Shown here piece after piece: positions 1-12,000 of a stretch of 64,000 nucleotides of DNA; position 1 is the stretch's first letter; each line of letters begins with the position of its first letter. This stretch comes from Macrostomum hystrix (Eukaryota; Animalia; Platyhelminthes): positions 2,046,001 to 2,110,000 of the forward strand of contig CATNEN010000014.1 of assembly GCA_950097015.1 (NCBI GenBank), read 5' to 3'. The notes beneath the pieces are model-generated. The model did not search any database and was not told the DNA's origin. It saw only the letters and a list, made by a program, of their open reading frames with translations. The position numbers and the translations under genes are program-made.

Positions 1-3000
1 GTCGCCGCCCGAGGAATCAATCTCCAGCGTTGGCTTTGCTGGCAACAGAGGATGAGTTGTGGCTGCTGCTGCGGCTGCTGCGACGGCTTCAGCAGCGGCG
101 GCTGAGATAACGCGGGCCTCAGAGCACAGTGCGGGTGTCCGGTCGGAGGCATCAGAGCACTTGGCTGAGCCGTCGCACCAGAAGCGGAGCGGCAGGCACT
201 GCGGTCCGCCATTGGATTTCTCCTGACCACATGATGGAGAGATGGGGTGCGCATAGAAAACGATTGCGATTCGAGATCTGGGAATATGAACAGTGGGATT
301 TGGGGATCTGGGCATATGATCTGTAAGATTTAGGGATCTGGGCATATGATCTGTAAGATTTGAGAATCTGGGCATATGATCTGTAAGATTTAGGGATCTG
401 GGCATATGATCTGTAAGATTTGAGAATCTGGGCATATGATGTGTAAGATTTGAGAATCTGGGAAAATAATCTGTAAGATTTGGGGATCTGGGAAAATGAT
501 CTGTAATATTTAGGGATCTGGGAATATGATCTGTAAGATTTAGGGATCTGGGAAAATAATCTATAAGATTTAGGGATCTGGGAATATGATCTGTAAGATT
601 TAGGGATCTGGGCATATGATCTGTAAGATTTAGGGATCTGGGAATATGATCTGTAAGATTTAGGGATCTGGGCATATGATCTATAAGATTTGGGGATCTG
701 GGAAAATGATCTGTAATATTTAGGGATCTGGGAATATGATCTGTAAGATTTGGGGATCTGGGCATATGATCTGTAAGATTTGAGAATCTGGGCATATGAT
801 GTGTAAGATTTGAGAATCTGGGAAAATAATCTGTAAGATTTGGGGATCTGGGAAAATGATCTGTAATATTTAGGGATCTGGGAATATGATCTGTAAGATT
901 TGGGGATCTGGGAAAATGATCTGTAATATTTAGGGATCTGGGAAAATGATCTGTAATATTTAGGGATCTGGGCAAATGATCTATAATATTTAGGGATCTG
1001 GGCATATGATCTGTAAGATTTAGGGATCTGGGAAAATAATCTATAAGATTTAGGGATCTGGGAAAATGATCTGTAATATTTAGGGATCTGGGAAAATGAT
1101 CTGTAATATTTAGGGATCTGGGAAAATGATCTGTAAGATTTAGGGATCTGGGAAAATGATCTGTGGGGTTTGAGAATCTGGGCATATGATCTGTAAGATT
1201 TAGGGATCTGGGAAAATGATCTGTGGGGTTTGAGAATCTGGGAATATGATTTGTAAGATTTGAGAATCTGGGAAAATAATCTGTAAGATTTGGGGATCTG
1301 GGAAAATGATCTGTAATATTTAGGGATCTGGGAATATGATCTGTAAGATTTAGGGATCTGGGAAAATAATCTATAATATTTAGGGATCTGGGAAAATGAT
1401 CTGTAAGATTTAGGGATCTGGGAAAATGATCTGTAAGATTTAGGGATCTGGGAAAATGATCTGTGGGGTTTGAGAATCTGGGAAAATGATCTGTAATATT
1501 TAGGGATCTGGGAAAATGATCTGTAAGATTTAGGGATCTGGGAAAATGATCTGTGGGGTTTGAGAATCTGGGAATATGATTTGTAAGATTTGGGGATCTG
1601 GGAATATGATCTGTAAGATTTAGGGATCTGGGAAAATGATCTGTGGGGTTTGAGAATCTGGGAATATGATCTGTGGGGTTTGAGAATCTGGGAATATGAT
1701 CTGTAAGATTTAGGGATCTGGAAAAATGATCTGTGGGGTTTGAGAATCTGGGAATATGATTTGTAAGATTTGGGGATCTGGGAATATGATCTGTAAGATT
1801 TAGGGATCTGGGAAAATGATCTGTGGGGTTTGAGAATCTGGGAATATGATTTGTAAGATTTGGGGATCTGGGAATATGATCTGTAAGATTTAGGGATCTG
1901 GGAAAATGATCTGTGGGGTTTGAGAATCTGGGAATATGATTTGTAAGATTTGGGGATCTGGGCATATGATCTGTAAGATTTAGGGATCTGGGAAAATGAT
2001 CTGTAATATTTAGGGATCTGGGAAAATGATCTGTAAGATTTGGGGATCTGGGCATATGATCTGTAAGATTTAGGGATCTGGGAAAATGATCTGTAAGATT
2101 TGAGAATCTGGGAATATGATCTGTAAGATTTGGGGATCTGGGCATATGATCTGTAAGATTTAGGGATCTGGGAAAATGATCTGTAATATTTAGGGATCTG
2201 GGCATATGATCTGTAAGATTTGAGAATCTGGGCATATGATCTGTAAGATTTAGGGATCTGGGAAAATGATCTATAATATTTAGGGATCTGGGCATATGAT
2301 CTGTAAGATTTGAGAATCTGGGCATATGATCTGTAAGATTTAGGGATCTGGGAAAATGATCTGTGGGGTTTGAGAATCTGGGAATACGGTTATAAATCGT
2401 TGTTAATAATTTTCGAATATTGATTTTGGGAATGTGACGATAATTTTTTTTATTTAAAGTACTGAAGCTCAACCTACCGCTCGGCAGGGCAGGGAGTCGA
2501 CGGAGCCGAGGCCGCCCGCGCCGGCGCCGCAGCACGCCTCGTCGCTGGCATCGTGACAGTCTGGCCGGCCGTTGCACAAGGCCGACAACGGCACGCACTG
2601 CCGCCGGCGCCTGCAGGTGAACTGGCGATTGCCGCAGGCGAACGGTGCCAGACGGCAGACGGTGGCGACCGGAAGGGCAGTCGAAGAAGCCGCTGACACC
2701 AAGGACGAAGACGGTGGATTGCTCAGTTCCCAGCCGCTGGGGCAGGCGCAGCGGAGGCCAAGAGTCGGCGGCTCAGGCGGCAGGCAGATGTGGCTGCAGG
2801 CGCGGCTGCGGCAAGCGGTGGCGTCCACGGAGCGTTGTAGCCACAGGCGCTCGGAGATGTTGGCGAGCACCTGGGCAGGAGGTGGGAGGGGATCGGAGCT
2901 GAGATGCTGGCGAGCACCTGGGCAGGAGGTGGGAGGGGATCGGAGCTGAGATGCTGGCGAGTATTGGAGCGAGGGGCCGTAGTTTGTGGCATTGTGTTTT

Positions 3001-6000
3001 GTGTTTGTGTTTCCCAGCACGCTATCTCAACCGCAGGCAAGGCACAAACCATGGTGGTGACGGATAGTCGGTCAGAGCCGCTCTGCTCTGGCAGACGCAG
3101 CGTCGTGTAGGTCCTGGCATCCACCCTGCTGGAGACGCTGATCCAGCCCGCCCTGGCGTCCAACATGTAGGCGTGGTGGGCGCCGAGGCCGAGGCCCACC
3201 GGGCTGTTCAGCAGGCTGACAGTTTGCGGCGGATCGCAAACTGAAGTCGAGGACGACTTCGATGAAGATGAAGCGCACTGGATGAGCTGGCGACGGTCCA
3301 GCAGGCGGCGCACCGAAGCCGGCTCCGGTCCCGCGGGCAGCATCAGGAGGGCCCAGTTGGGCTGGCCGGCGCCCCCGAGGTTGCTCGTCCAGTGCAGGCC
3401 GGGCTCCTCGCCTGTGGAGTTGTCACCATGGTGGAATTTGAGAGTCATGGCCTGGGGCATAAAAACTGGGATCCCACAGTCTGGGGATTTGAAAACTGGA
3501 GGATGAGCGATCGACTACCATGAGGATCATTATCCCGATGGACGCACCTGCGTAAAACCGAAGATTAGTCGGCGGTCCGGCCAGATACTTCGAGTCCACT
3601 GGCAGCCGAACCTCACCGGTGCCGTCCAGGCGACACCTGTGCAGCAGATGATTGCCGCCGGCCAGATCCCGGTTCAGCCAGTACAGGGCTCCGGCCACAG
3701 GGTCGAGGGCCAGCGCCACCGGCCGGCAGGTCTCCAGGCTGCAGTTCCTGATCAGCCAAGACACCGCGGCCGCCTCCACAGGCAGCAGGCCGGGGTCAGC
3801 GGATGACGTCGAAGACGCTGCCTGCCGGTCCTCCAGGCGGTAGGCCACGATGGCGGTCTCCTCGGCCAGGTAGAGCAGGCGGTTGACGGGGTCCAGGGCC
3901 ATGTCCAGGAAGTGGCCGCGCACCAGACTGTGCCAGGCGCTGCTGGCCGGGTTGTGCAGCAGCACGGAGCCGCGGTGCTGCAGGTAGAGAAAGTACATGC
4001 TGGCTGGCGGCGAATCGCCAGAATCCGAGGCGACGAAGGCAGGCAGCAGCAGCTCGGCGCGCACAATGTCGCCAGGCAGGTCGGGTTGGTGGGACACGGT
4101 GAAGTTTCTAAGGCTGTGCGCTCGCTGCATGTGGGATGGGTGGGGGCGATTTGGTGAGGAAAATCAAAACATTCCATTAAATCCCTCAGTCCTTCAGCTA
4201 CAATCCCTCAGTCCTTCAGCTACAATCCCTCAGTCCTTCAGCTACAATCCCTCAGTCCTTCAGCTACAGTCCCTCAGTCCTTCAGCTACAATCCCTCAGT
4301 CCTTCAGCTACAATCCCTCAGTCCTTCAGCTACAATCCCTCAGTCCTTCAGCTGCAATGCCTTAGTCCTTCAGCTCCAATGCCTCAGTCCTTCAGCTACA
4401 ATGCCTCAGTCCTTCAGGTCCAATGCCTCAGTCCTTCAGCAATAAAGACACAGGTGGCTCACCATGGAGAGCGCGTAGTCCACCGTGATGCCTTTGTCCG
4501 TGACCAGGTGCAGCCAGTCGGAGATCCGCTCGCACCGTTCGGCAGCTCCGCTGTCGTTTGCGAGCCGGTGCGAATCGGCGCAGGCGCAAGTGATCTTCAG
4601 CTGGTTGGTCAGCAGGCAGAAGTGCGGGCAGCGCCTGGCGGAGCAGAACAATCGCGTCTTCAAGGCGCTAGCCGCATCCGGCGGGGCCACCGAGTCCGTG
4701 TCGAACAGCACCAGGCCGACTGGTCGGAAGTCGCGCGGCAGATCGTCAGCGGAGGTGGAGGACGCGCTGGAGGCGTTGCTGAAGGCGGCGGCGTCTTCGG
4801 CAATGAACTCGCCGGTGACTGGCGAAACGCCAACGCGGTGAATCCGGCGACTGTTCAGGGCCACGTAGTAGACAGCCCAGCCATGGAAGGCGACGCCAAT
4901 GGGCGTGAAGCTGAGCGGCAGGCTGCGCACGTCCTGGCCATAGTAGTTCACGGACTTCAGCGACTTGCCATCGGAGAAGAACAGGCGCCTGGAGACCTGG
5001 TCCAAGGTCAGGTGCCTGCAGTGCGCGCGGACAGGTCAGGCAGACTGGTTTAGTGACAAGCTAATCCTAGCAGTGACAAGCTAATCTTGGCAGAGTGACA
5101 AGCTAATCCTAGCAGAGTGACAAGCTAATCCACGCAGAGTGACAAGCTAATCCTAGCAGAGTGACAAGCTACTCCTAGCAGAGTGACAAGCTAATCCACG
5201 AAGAGTGACAAGCTACTCCTAGCAGAGTGACAAGCTAATCCTAGCAGAGTGACAAGCTACTCCTAGCAGAGTGACAAGCTACTCCTAGCAGAGTGACAAG
5301 CTACTCCTAGCAGAGTGACAAGCTACTCCTAGCAGAGTGACAAGCTACTCCTAGCAGAGTGACAAGCTACTCCTAGCAGAATGACGAGCTAATCCTAGCA
5401 GAGTGACAAGCTACTCCTAGCAGAGTGACAAGCTAATCCTGGCAGAGTGACAAGCTAATCCTAGCAGAGTGACAAGCTAATCCTGGCAGAGTGACAAGCT
5501 ACTCCTAGCAGAGTGACAAGCTAATCCTGGCAGAGTGACAAGCTAATCCTAGCAGAGTGACAAGCTAATCCTAGCAGAGTGACAAGCTAATCCTAGCAGA
5601 GTGACAAGCTAATCCTAGCAGAGTGACAAGCTAATCCTGGCAGAGTGACAAGCTAATCCTGGCAGAGTGACAAGCTAATCCTAGCAATGCGAGTTCCCAA
5701 AAGTGGCCGGCTCACCTGGGGTCATCCAGTCCGTCCAGAACGGTGCCAGTGTCGACCTTCAGCCCGGGGTCAATGTCGCCTGAAGGACGCTGGAAGACGG
5801 GCTGCGGCGGGCTGTCGGGCAAGCCGAAGCCGAGCCACTGGAGGCGGCCGCGCCGCTGATAGTTGATGTCAATCCAGAACAGGCGGAATAGGTTTGAGTC
5901 GAACACGAGGGCGCGGGCTCCGGCCAGCCGGTCCGAGGCCAGCAGTGTCCGGCTGAGGCTCGGCTGGTCGAGCGACACGGCGCACAGCCGAGGCCAGGGC

Positions 6001-9000
6001 CAGCGGTCGATGTAGAACAGCACGTTGGTGGCCCAGTCGACTGCCAGGCCCAGCGGCTGGCTGAGGCCGGGCACGACCACCTTGGCGCTGACTCCGGCGC
6101 CGCGGTCAAGACCGGCGCAGGCGATGTGCCGGCCGGCTTCAGCCCAGCAGATTCGGCCGCGGCTGGCGTCGGAGGCCACGAATTCCACGGAGCGCAGGTC
6201 GTTGGACAGGTGCAGGGACTCGAAACCAACTGAGCCCCTGCCGGAGCCCAGGCCGCGCGGGGTAGCCATGCCGATGTCGCGCCCGCTGGCCACCACCAGG
6301 AAGGTGCGCAGCGACTGGCAACGGTGCTGCCCGTCCTCAGCTGCCTCGGTACGGGCGGAGGCGGCGGTCGAGTCGGCCAGTTGGAAGTGGGAGGCGCAGC
6401 GACAGACGCGACGATTGGCGGGTGCCGCGGCGGTCAGGTCGGGCCGAGGGATGCACAGCTGCTCGCAGCCAGCGTTGTCGGGGCGCCGGCATGGGTTGCT
6501 AGAGATGCAGGAAGGGCGGGCATTAACATGGGACAATGTGGACAAAATAAACAAGCGGATAGATGGCAACACCAAGGAAATCTCACCCTGGATACTGACA
6601 GCACTAAGGAAATCTCACCCTGGATGCTGATAGCACTAAGGAAATCTCACCCTGGATGCTGATAGCACTAAGGAAATCTCACCCTGGATGCTGATAGCAC
6701 TAAGGAAATCTCACCCTGGATACTGATAGCACTAAGGAAATCTCACCCTGGATACTGACAGCACTAAGGAAATCTCACCCTGGATACTGATAGCACTAAG
6801 GAAATCTCACCCTGGATGCTGATAGCACTAAGGAAATCTCACCCTGGATGCTGATAGCACTAAGAAATCTCACCCTGGATGCTGATAGCACTAAGGAAAT
6901 CTCACCCTGGATACTGATAGCACTAAGGAAATCTCACCCTGGATACTGACAGCACTAAGGAAATCTCACCCTGGATACTGATAGCACTAAGGAAATCTCA
7001 CCCTGGATGCTGATAGCACTAAGGAAATCTCACCCTGGATGCTGATAGCACTAAGGAAATCTCACCCTGGATGCTGATAGCACTAAGGAAATCTCACCCT
7101 GGATACTGACAGCACTAAGGAAATCTCACCCTAAATGCTGACAGCACTAAGGAAATCTCACCCTGGATACTGACAGCACTAAGGAAATCTCACCCTGGAT
7201 ACTGACAACACTAAGGAAATCTCACCCTGGATATTGACAGCACTAGGGAAATCCCTCAGGAGACTCACCTAGCAATGTAAGCAGCAAAGTCTTCAGCTAG
7301 CCGGGCGCTGCTGGCAGCCAGAGACAGCGGGATGCGCAGCGGCACTGGCAGCTCGCGGCTGTTGGCGCCATTGCGGTCCACAATGCCCAGGCTCATGTCG
7401 CCAGAGATGGACAGCCAGTACAGGTGACCGCGCAGGGCCGAGTAAACTTTGGACACGGAAGGCGAGACGGAGGCGACCGCGCGGGTCAGCTGGATGTGCG
7501 CCGAGGTGGCGCCGTCGGCTGAGAACTGGAACACGCCGAGGCGGCCCTGCGGGTCGGCCTCAAATGGGAGCGGGTGGAGAGTGTTTGTTGGCGAGTCAGG
7601 TACAACAGGCAGATTTAGAGTCCACAGAGAACCAAGCGTAAACTGAGCAGACTCACGAGGTAGTAGAGATCGCCAGTGGCCTCATCAACCACCAGCTGGC
7701 AGAAGTGGCTGGAGGTGAGGTTCAGCAGAATGCGCAGCTGTGAGACGCCGTCAAGGTGACTCTGAACCAAGCGGCTGTCGGCGCAGTAGTACAGGTAGCC
7801 GCTGCGGAGATGCGGGGTAGCGGAGAGGCTGTTAGAGGCTTTCTTTGGGCTGAGCAGGTGGGCTAATGTGAGAAGTAGGAGGGGATCTAGGGCGGACAGG
7901 TTGGAGGGGATCTAGGGAGGACAGGTAGGGGGATCTAGGGCGGACAGGTAGGAGGGGATCTGGGTCGGACAGATAGGAGGGGATCTGGGTCGGTCAGGTA
8001 GGAGGGGATCTGGGTCGGACAGGTAGGAGGGGATCTAGGGCGGACAGGTAGGAGGGGATCTAGGGCGGACAGGTAGGAGGGGATCTAGGGCGGTCAGGTA
8101 GGAGGGGATCTAGGGCGGACAGGTAGGAGGGGATCTAGGGCGGACAGGTAGGAGGGGATCTAGGGCGGACAGGTAGGAGGGGATCTAGGGCGGACAGGTA
8201 GGAGGGGATCTAGGGCGGACAGGTAGGAGGGGATCTAGGGCGGTCAGGTAGGAGGGGATCTAGGGCGGACAGGTAGGAGGGGATCTAGGGCGGACAGGTA
8301 GGAGGGGATCTAGGGCGGACAGGTTGGAGGGGATCTAGGGCGGACAGGTAGGAGGGGATCTAGGGCGGACAGTACACAGGTTGGGGACACGGTGCCAGTT
8401 GGGCTCACCGGATAGGGTCCAGCTTGACGGCGGTGATCTTGTCGAAGCTGGCCAGCACGTACTGGTGGCGGCCGTCCAGGCGGGCAATGAGCAGCTTCCG
8501 CTGGGTGGCCCAGTACAGGTTGCCGCTGGACCAGTCTACAGCCAGGTCCACCGGCACTTCGTCGGCGTTCTCCAGGATCTTCTCGAAGCGGACGGGCCCG
8601 GCGCCGTTGCCCAGAAGGGCCACGCGGCGTATGGCCTCGGTGGAGGCGCGCGAGCCGCTGGAGGACACCTTCTCGTGCTGGTAGTCAATCCAGTACACCA
8701 CATTGGCCAGGGGGTCCACGGCCAGGCACTTGACAATGAACTTGTGCACCTGGAACAGCTCGGTGGAGTGGTAGTCCTCGGTGTCCAGGGACATTTTCAG
8801 CACGGACGAGCCCTTGCTGACATCCAGGCTGATGAGCATGTAGTCCACGTATGCTGCATCGGGTGTTGGAAACAAGCAAGTGAATCACAACCAAGGTCTT
8901 GGGTTCGCATCTCAGCTCAGCTCACGGGAAATAATTAGTGCTACTGAGCAAGATAGCACAGTTCTCTCTACTGCTTCTGTTAACCGATCCGTAAAATGCG

Positions 9001-12000
9001 CCCCAAGATCGCCTGGGGTCGATAATCAGTAAACTCACAGGTCAGGCAGCGGTGAGTGTTATTCCTGGGATCCGGTAGCAGGCCATTGCGGCACAGGCAG
9101 GTGTAGCGCTGATCCTCGGCAGTTGACGAGCGCCGGAAGCACAAGTGGTCGCAAGGATTCCGGGTGGCGCAGATGTCCTTGTATGCTGAGAAATAGAGAT
9201 TAAACAAAGAGCATTGGCATCTGTCCGAAACATTTTGTAGCCTCACTCCGTACTCACTTTGTCTACACATTCTTAGTCTACAGTTCGGCTAAGATCTAAT
9301 GTCTACAGTTCGGCTAAGATCCAATGTCTACAGTTCGGCTAAGATCCAATGTCTACAGTTCGGCTAAGATCCAATGTCTACAGTTCGGCTAAGATCCAAT
9401 GTCTACAGTTCGGCTAAGATCTAATGTCTACAGTTCGGCTAAGATCCAATGTCTACAGTTCGGCTCCGATCAAATGTCTACAGTTCGGCTAAGATCCAAT
9501 GTCTACAGTTCGGCTAAGATCCAATGTCTACAGTTCGGCTAAGATCTAATGTCTACAGTTCGGCTAAGATCCAATGTCTACAGTTCGGCTAAGATCCAAT
9601 GTCTACAGTTCGGCTAAGATCCAATGTCTACAGTTCGGCTAAGATCTAATGTCTACAGTTCGGCTAAGATCCAATGTCTACAGTTCGGCTAAGATCCAAT
9701 GTCTACAGTTCGGCTCCGATCAAATGTCTACAGTTCGGCTAAGATCCAATGTCTACAGTTCGGCTAAGATCCAATGTCTACAGTTCGGCTAAGATCCAAT
9801 GTCTACAGTTCGGCTAAGATCTAATGTCTACAGTTCGGCTAAGATCCAATGTCTACAGTTCGGCTAAGATCCAATGTCTACAGTTCGGCTCCGATCAAAT
9901 GTCTACAGTTCGGCTAAGATCCAATGTCTACAGTTCGGCTAAGATCCAATGTCTACAGTTCGGCTAAGATCCAATGTCTACAGTTCGGCTCCGATCAAAT
10001 GTCTACAGTTCGGCTCCGATCCAATGTCTACAGTTCGGCTAAGATCTAATGTCTACAGTTCGGCTAAGATCCAATGTCTACAGTTCGGCTAAGATCTAAT
10101 GTCTACAGTTCGGCTCCGATCCAATGTCTACAGTTCGGCTAAGATCTAATGTCTACAGTTCGGCTACGATCTAATGTGTACAGTTCGGCTCCGATCCAAT
10201 GTGTACAGTTCGGCTACGATCCAATGTCTACAGTTCGGCTCCGATCAAATGTCTACAGTTCGGCCAAGATCTAATATCTACAGTTCGGCTCCGATCCAAT
10301 GTGTACAGTTCGGCTCCTACCCAATGCCTACAGTTCGGCTACGATCTAATGTCTACAGTTCGGCTCCGATCCAATGTCTACAGTTCGGCTAAGATCTAAT
10401 GTCTACAGTTCGGCTACGATCTAATGTGTACAGTTCGGCTCCGATCAAATGTGTACAGTTCGGCTCCGATCCAATGTGTACAGTTCGGCTACGATCCAAT
10501 GTCTACAGTTCGGCCAAGATCTAATATCTACAGTTCGGCTCCGATCAAATGTCTACAGTTCGGCCAAGATCTAATATCTACAGTTCGGCTCCGATCCAAT
10601 GTCTACAGTTCGGCTACGATCTAATGTCTACAGTTCGACTCCGATCAAATGTCTACAGTTCGGCTCCGATCCAATGTCTACAGTTCGGCTACGATCAAAT
10701 GTGTACAGTTCGGCTACGATCCAATGTCTACATTTGGGCTCCGATCCAATGTCTACAGTTCGGCCAAGATCTAATATCTATAGTTCGGCTCCGATCCAAT
10801 GTCTACAGTTCGGCTACGATCCAATGTCTACAGTTCGGCCAAGATCTAATATCTATAGTTCGGCTCCGATCCAATGTCTACAGTTCGGCTACGATCCAAT
10901 GTCTACAGTTCGGCTACGATCTAATGTCTACAGTTCGGCTACGATCTAATGTCTACAGTTCGGCGAGGATACGGGAACCAATGTAGGCGTAAATTTTCCC
11001 AGACCATTTCTCTGCCCAGCACCCAGAGATACCAGCCAACAATGCCAAAACAATATGAGGCCAGGATTTTTGACAGCCCAGCCTTCAATCGCCCAAGCCT
11101 CACCTGCCGGCCAGGCTTTGTACTCGCTCTTGGAGAGCACCACCAGATTATATGGCAGCTCCGAGACCCGAAGCCGGGTCTGTGTCGCCCGGCAACTCGT
11201 GACCGAAGCTGTCGAGACGCCGGCGGCGCCACCTGCGGCAGCCAGGTCACAGGCAACAACAACAACGCCCTGAATCCAGTAGAGCTGCCTGTCCCGCTGC
11301 TGATAAGCCAGGGCCCTGGCCGGCCGCTTGTCTTTGGGAATGTCCAGCAGGGCGAACGACGAGGGCGAGGTGGGCGAAGCCGAAGCTTCAGTAAGCCAGG
11401 GCAGGTAGGACAGACCGCGGACTTGCATTACGGAATTCGAGCTAATTGACTCCATCCAGTAGATGACCTGCCGTTTTTAGTAGATTGAAAATGCTTTAAC
11501 TGGAGCTAACAGACAAATGGCTTACATCTAGTCTGCTGTGTCACTCAGCTAGTCTGTTGTGTCACTCAGCTAGTCTGCTGTGTCACTCAGCTAGTCTGTT
11601 GTGTCACTCAGCTAGTCTGTTGTGTCACTCAGCTAGTCTGCTGTGTCACTCAGCTAGTCTGTTGTGTCACTCAGCTAGTCTGTTGTGTCACTCAGCTAGT
11701 CTGTTGTGTCACTCAGCTAGTCTGTTGTGTCACTCAGCTAGTCTGTTGAGTCACTCAGCTAGTCTGCTGTGTCACTCAGCTAGTCTGTTGTGTCACTCAG
11801 CTAGTCTGTTGTGTCACTCAGCTAGTCTGTTGTATCACTCAGCTAGTCTGTTGTGTCACTCAGCTAGTCTGTTGTGTCACTCAGCTAGTCTGTTGTGTCA
11901 CTCAGCTAGTCTGTTGTGTCACTCAGCTAGTCTGCTGTGTCACTCAGCTAGTCTGTTGTGTCACTCAGCTAGTCTGTTGTATCACTCAGCTAGTCTGTTG

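Noticed and set aside
2572-6662. Plus-strand ORFs antisense to LRP exons (likewise at other genes)
   Set aside because: They are shadow ORFs caused by GC-rich codon usage on the coding strand.
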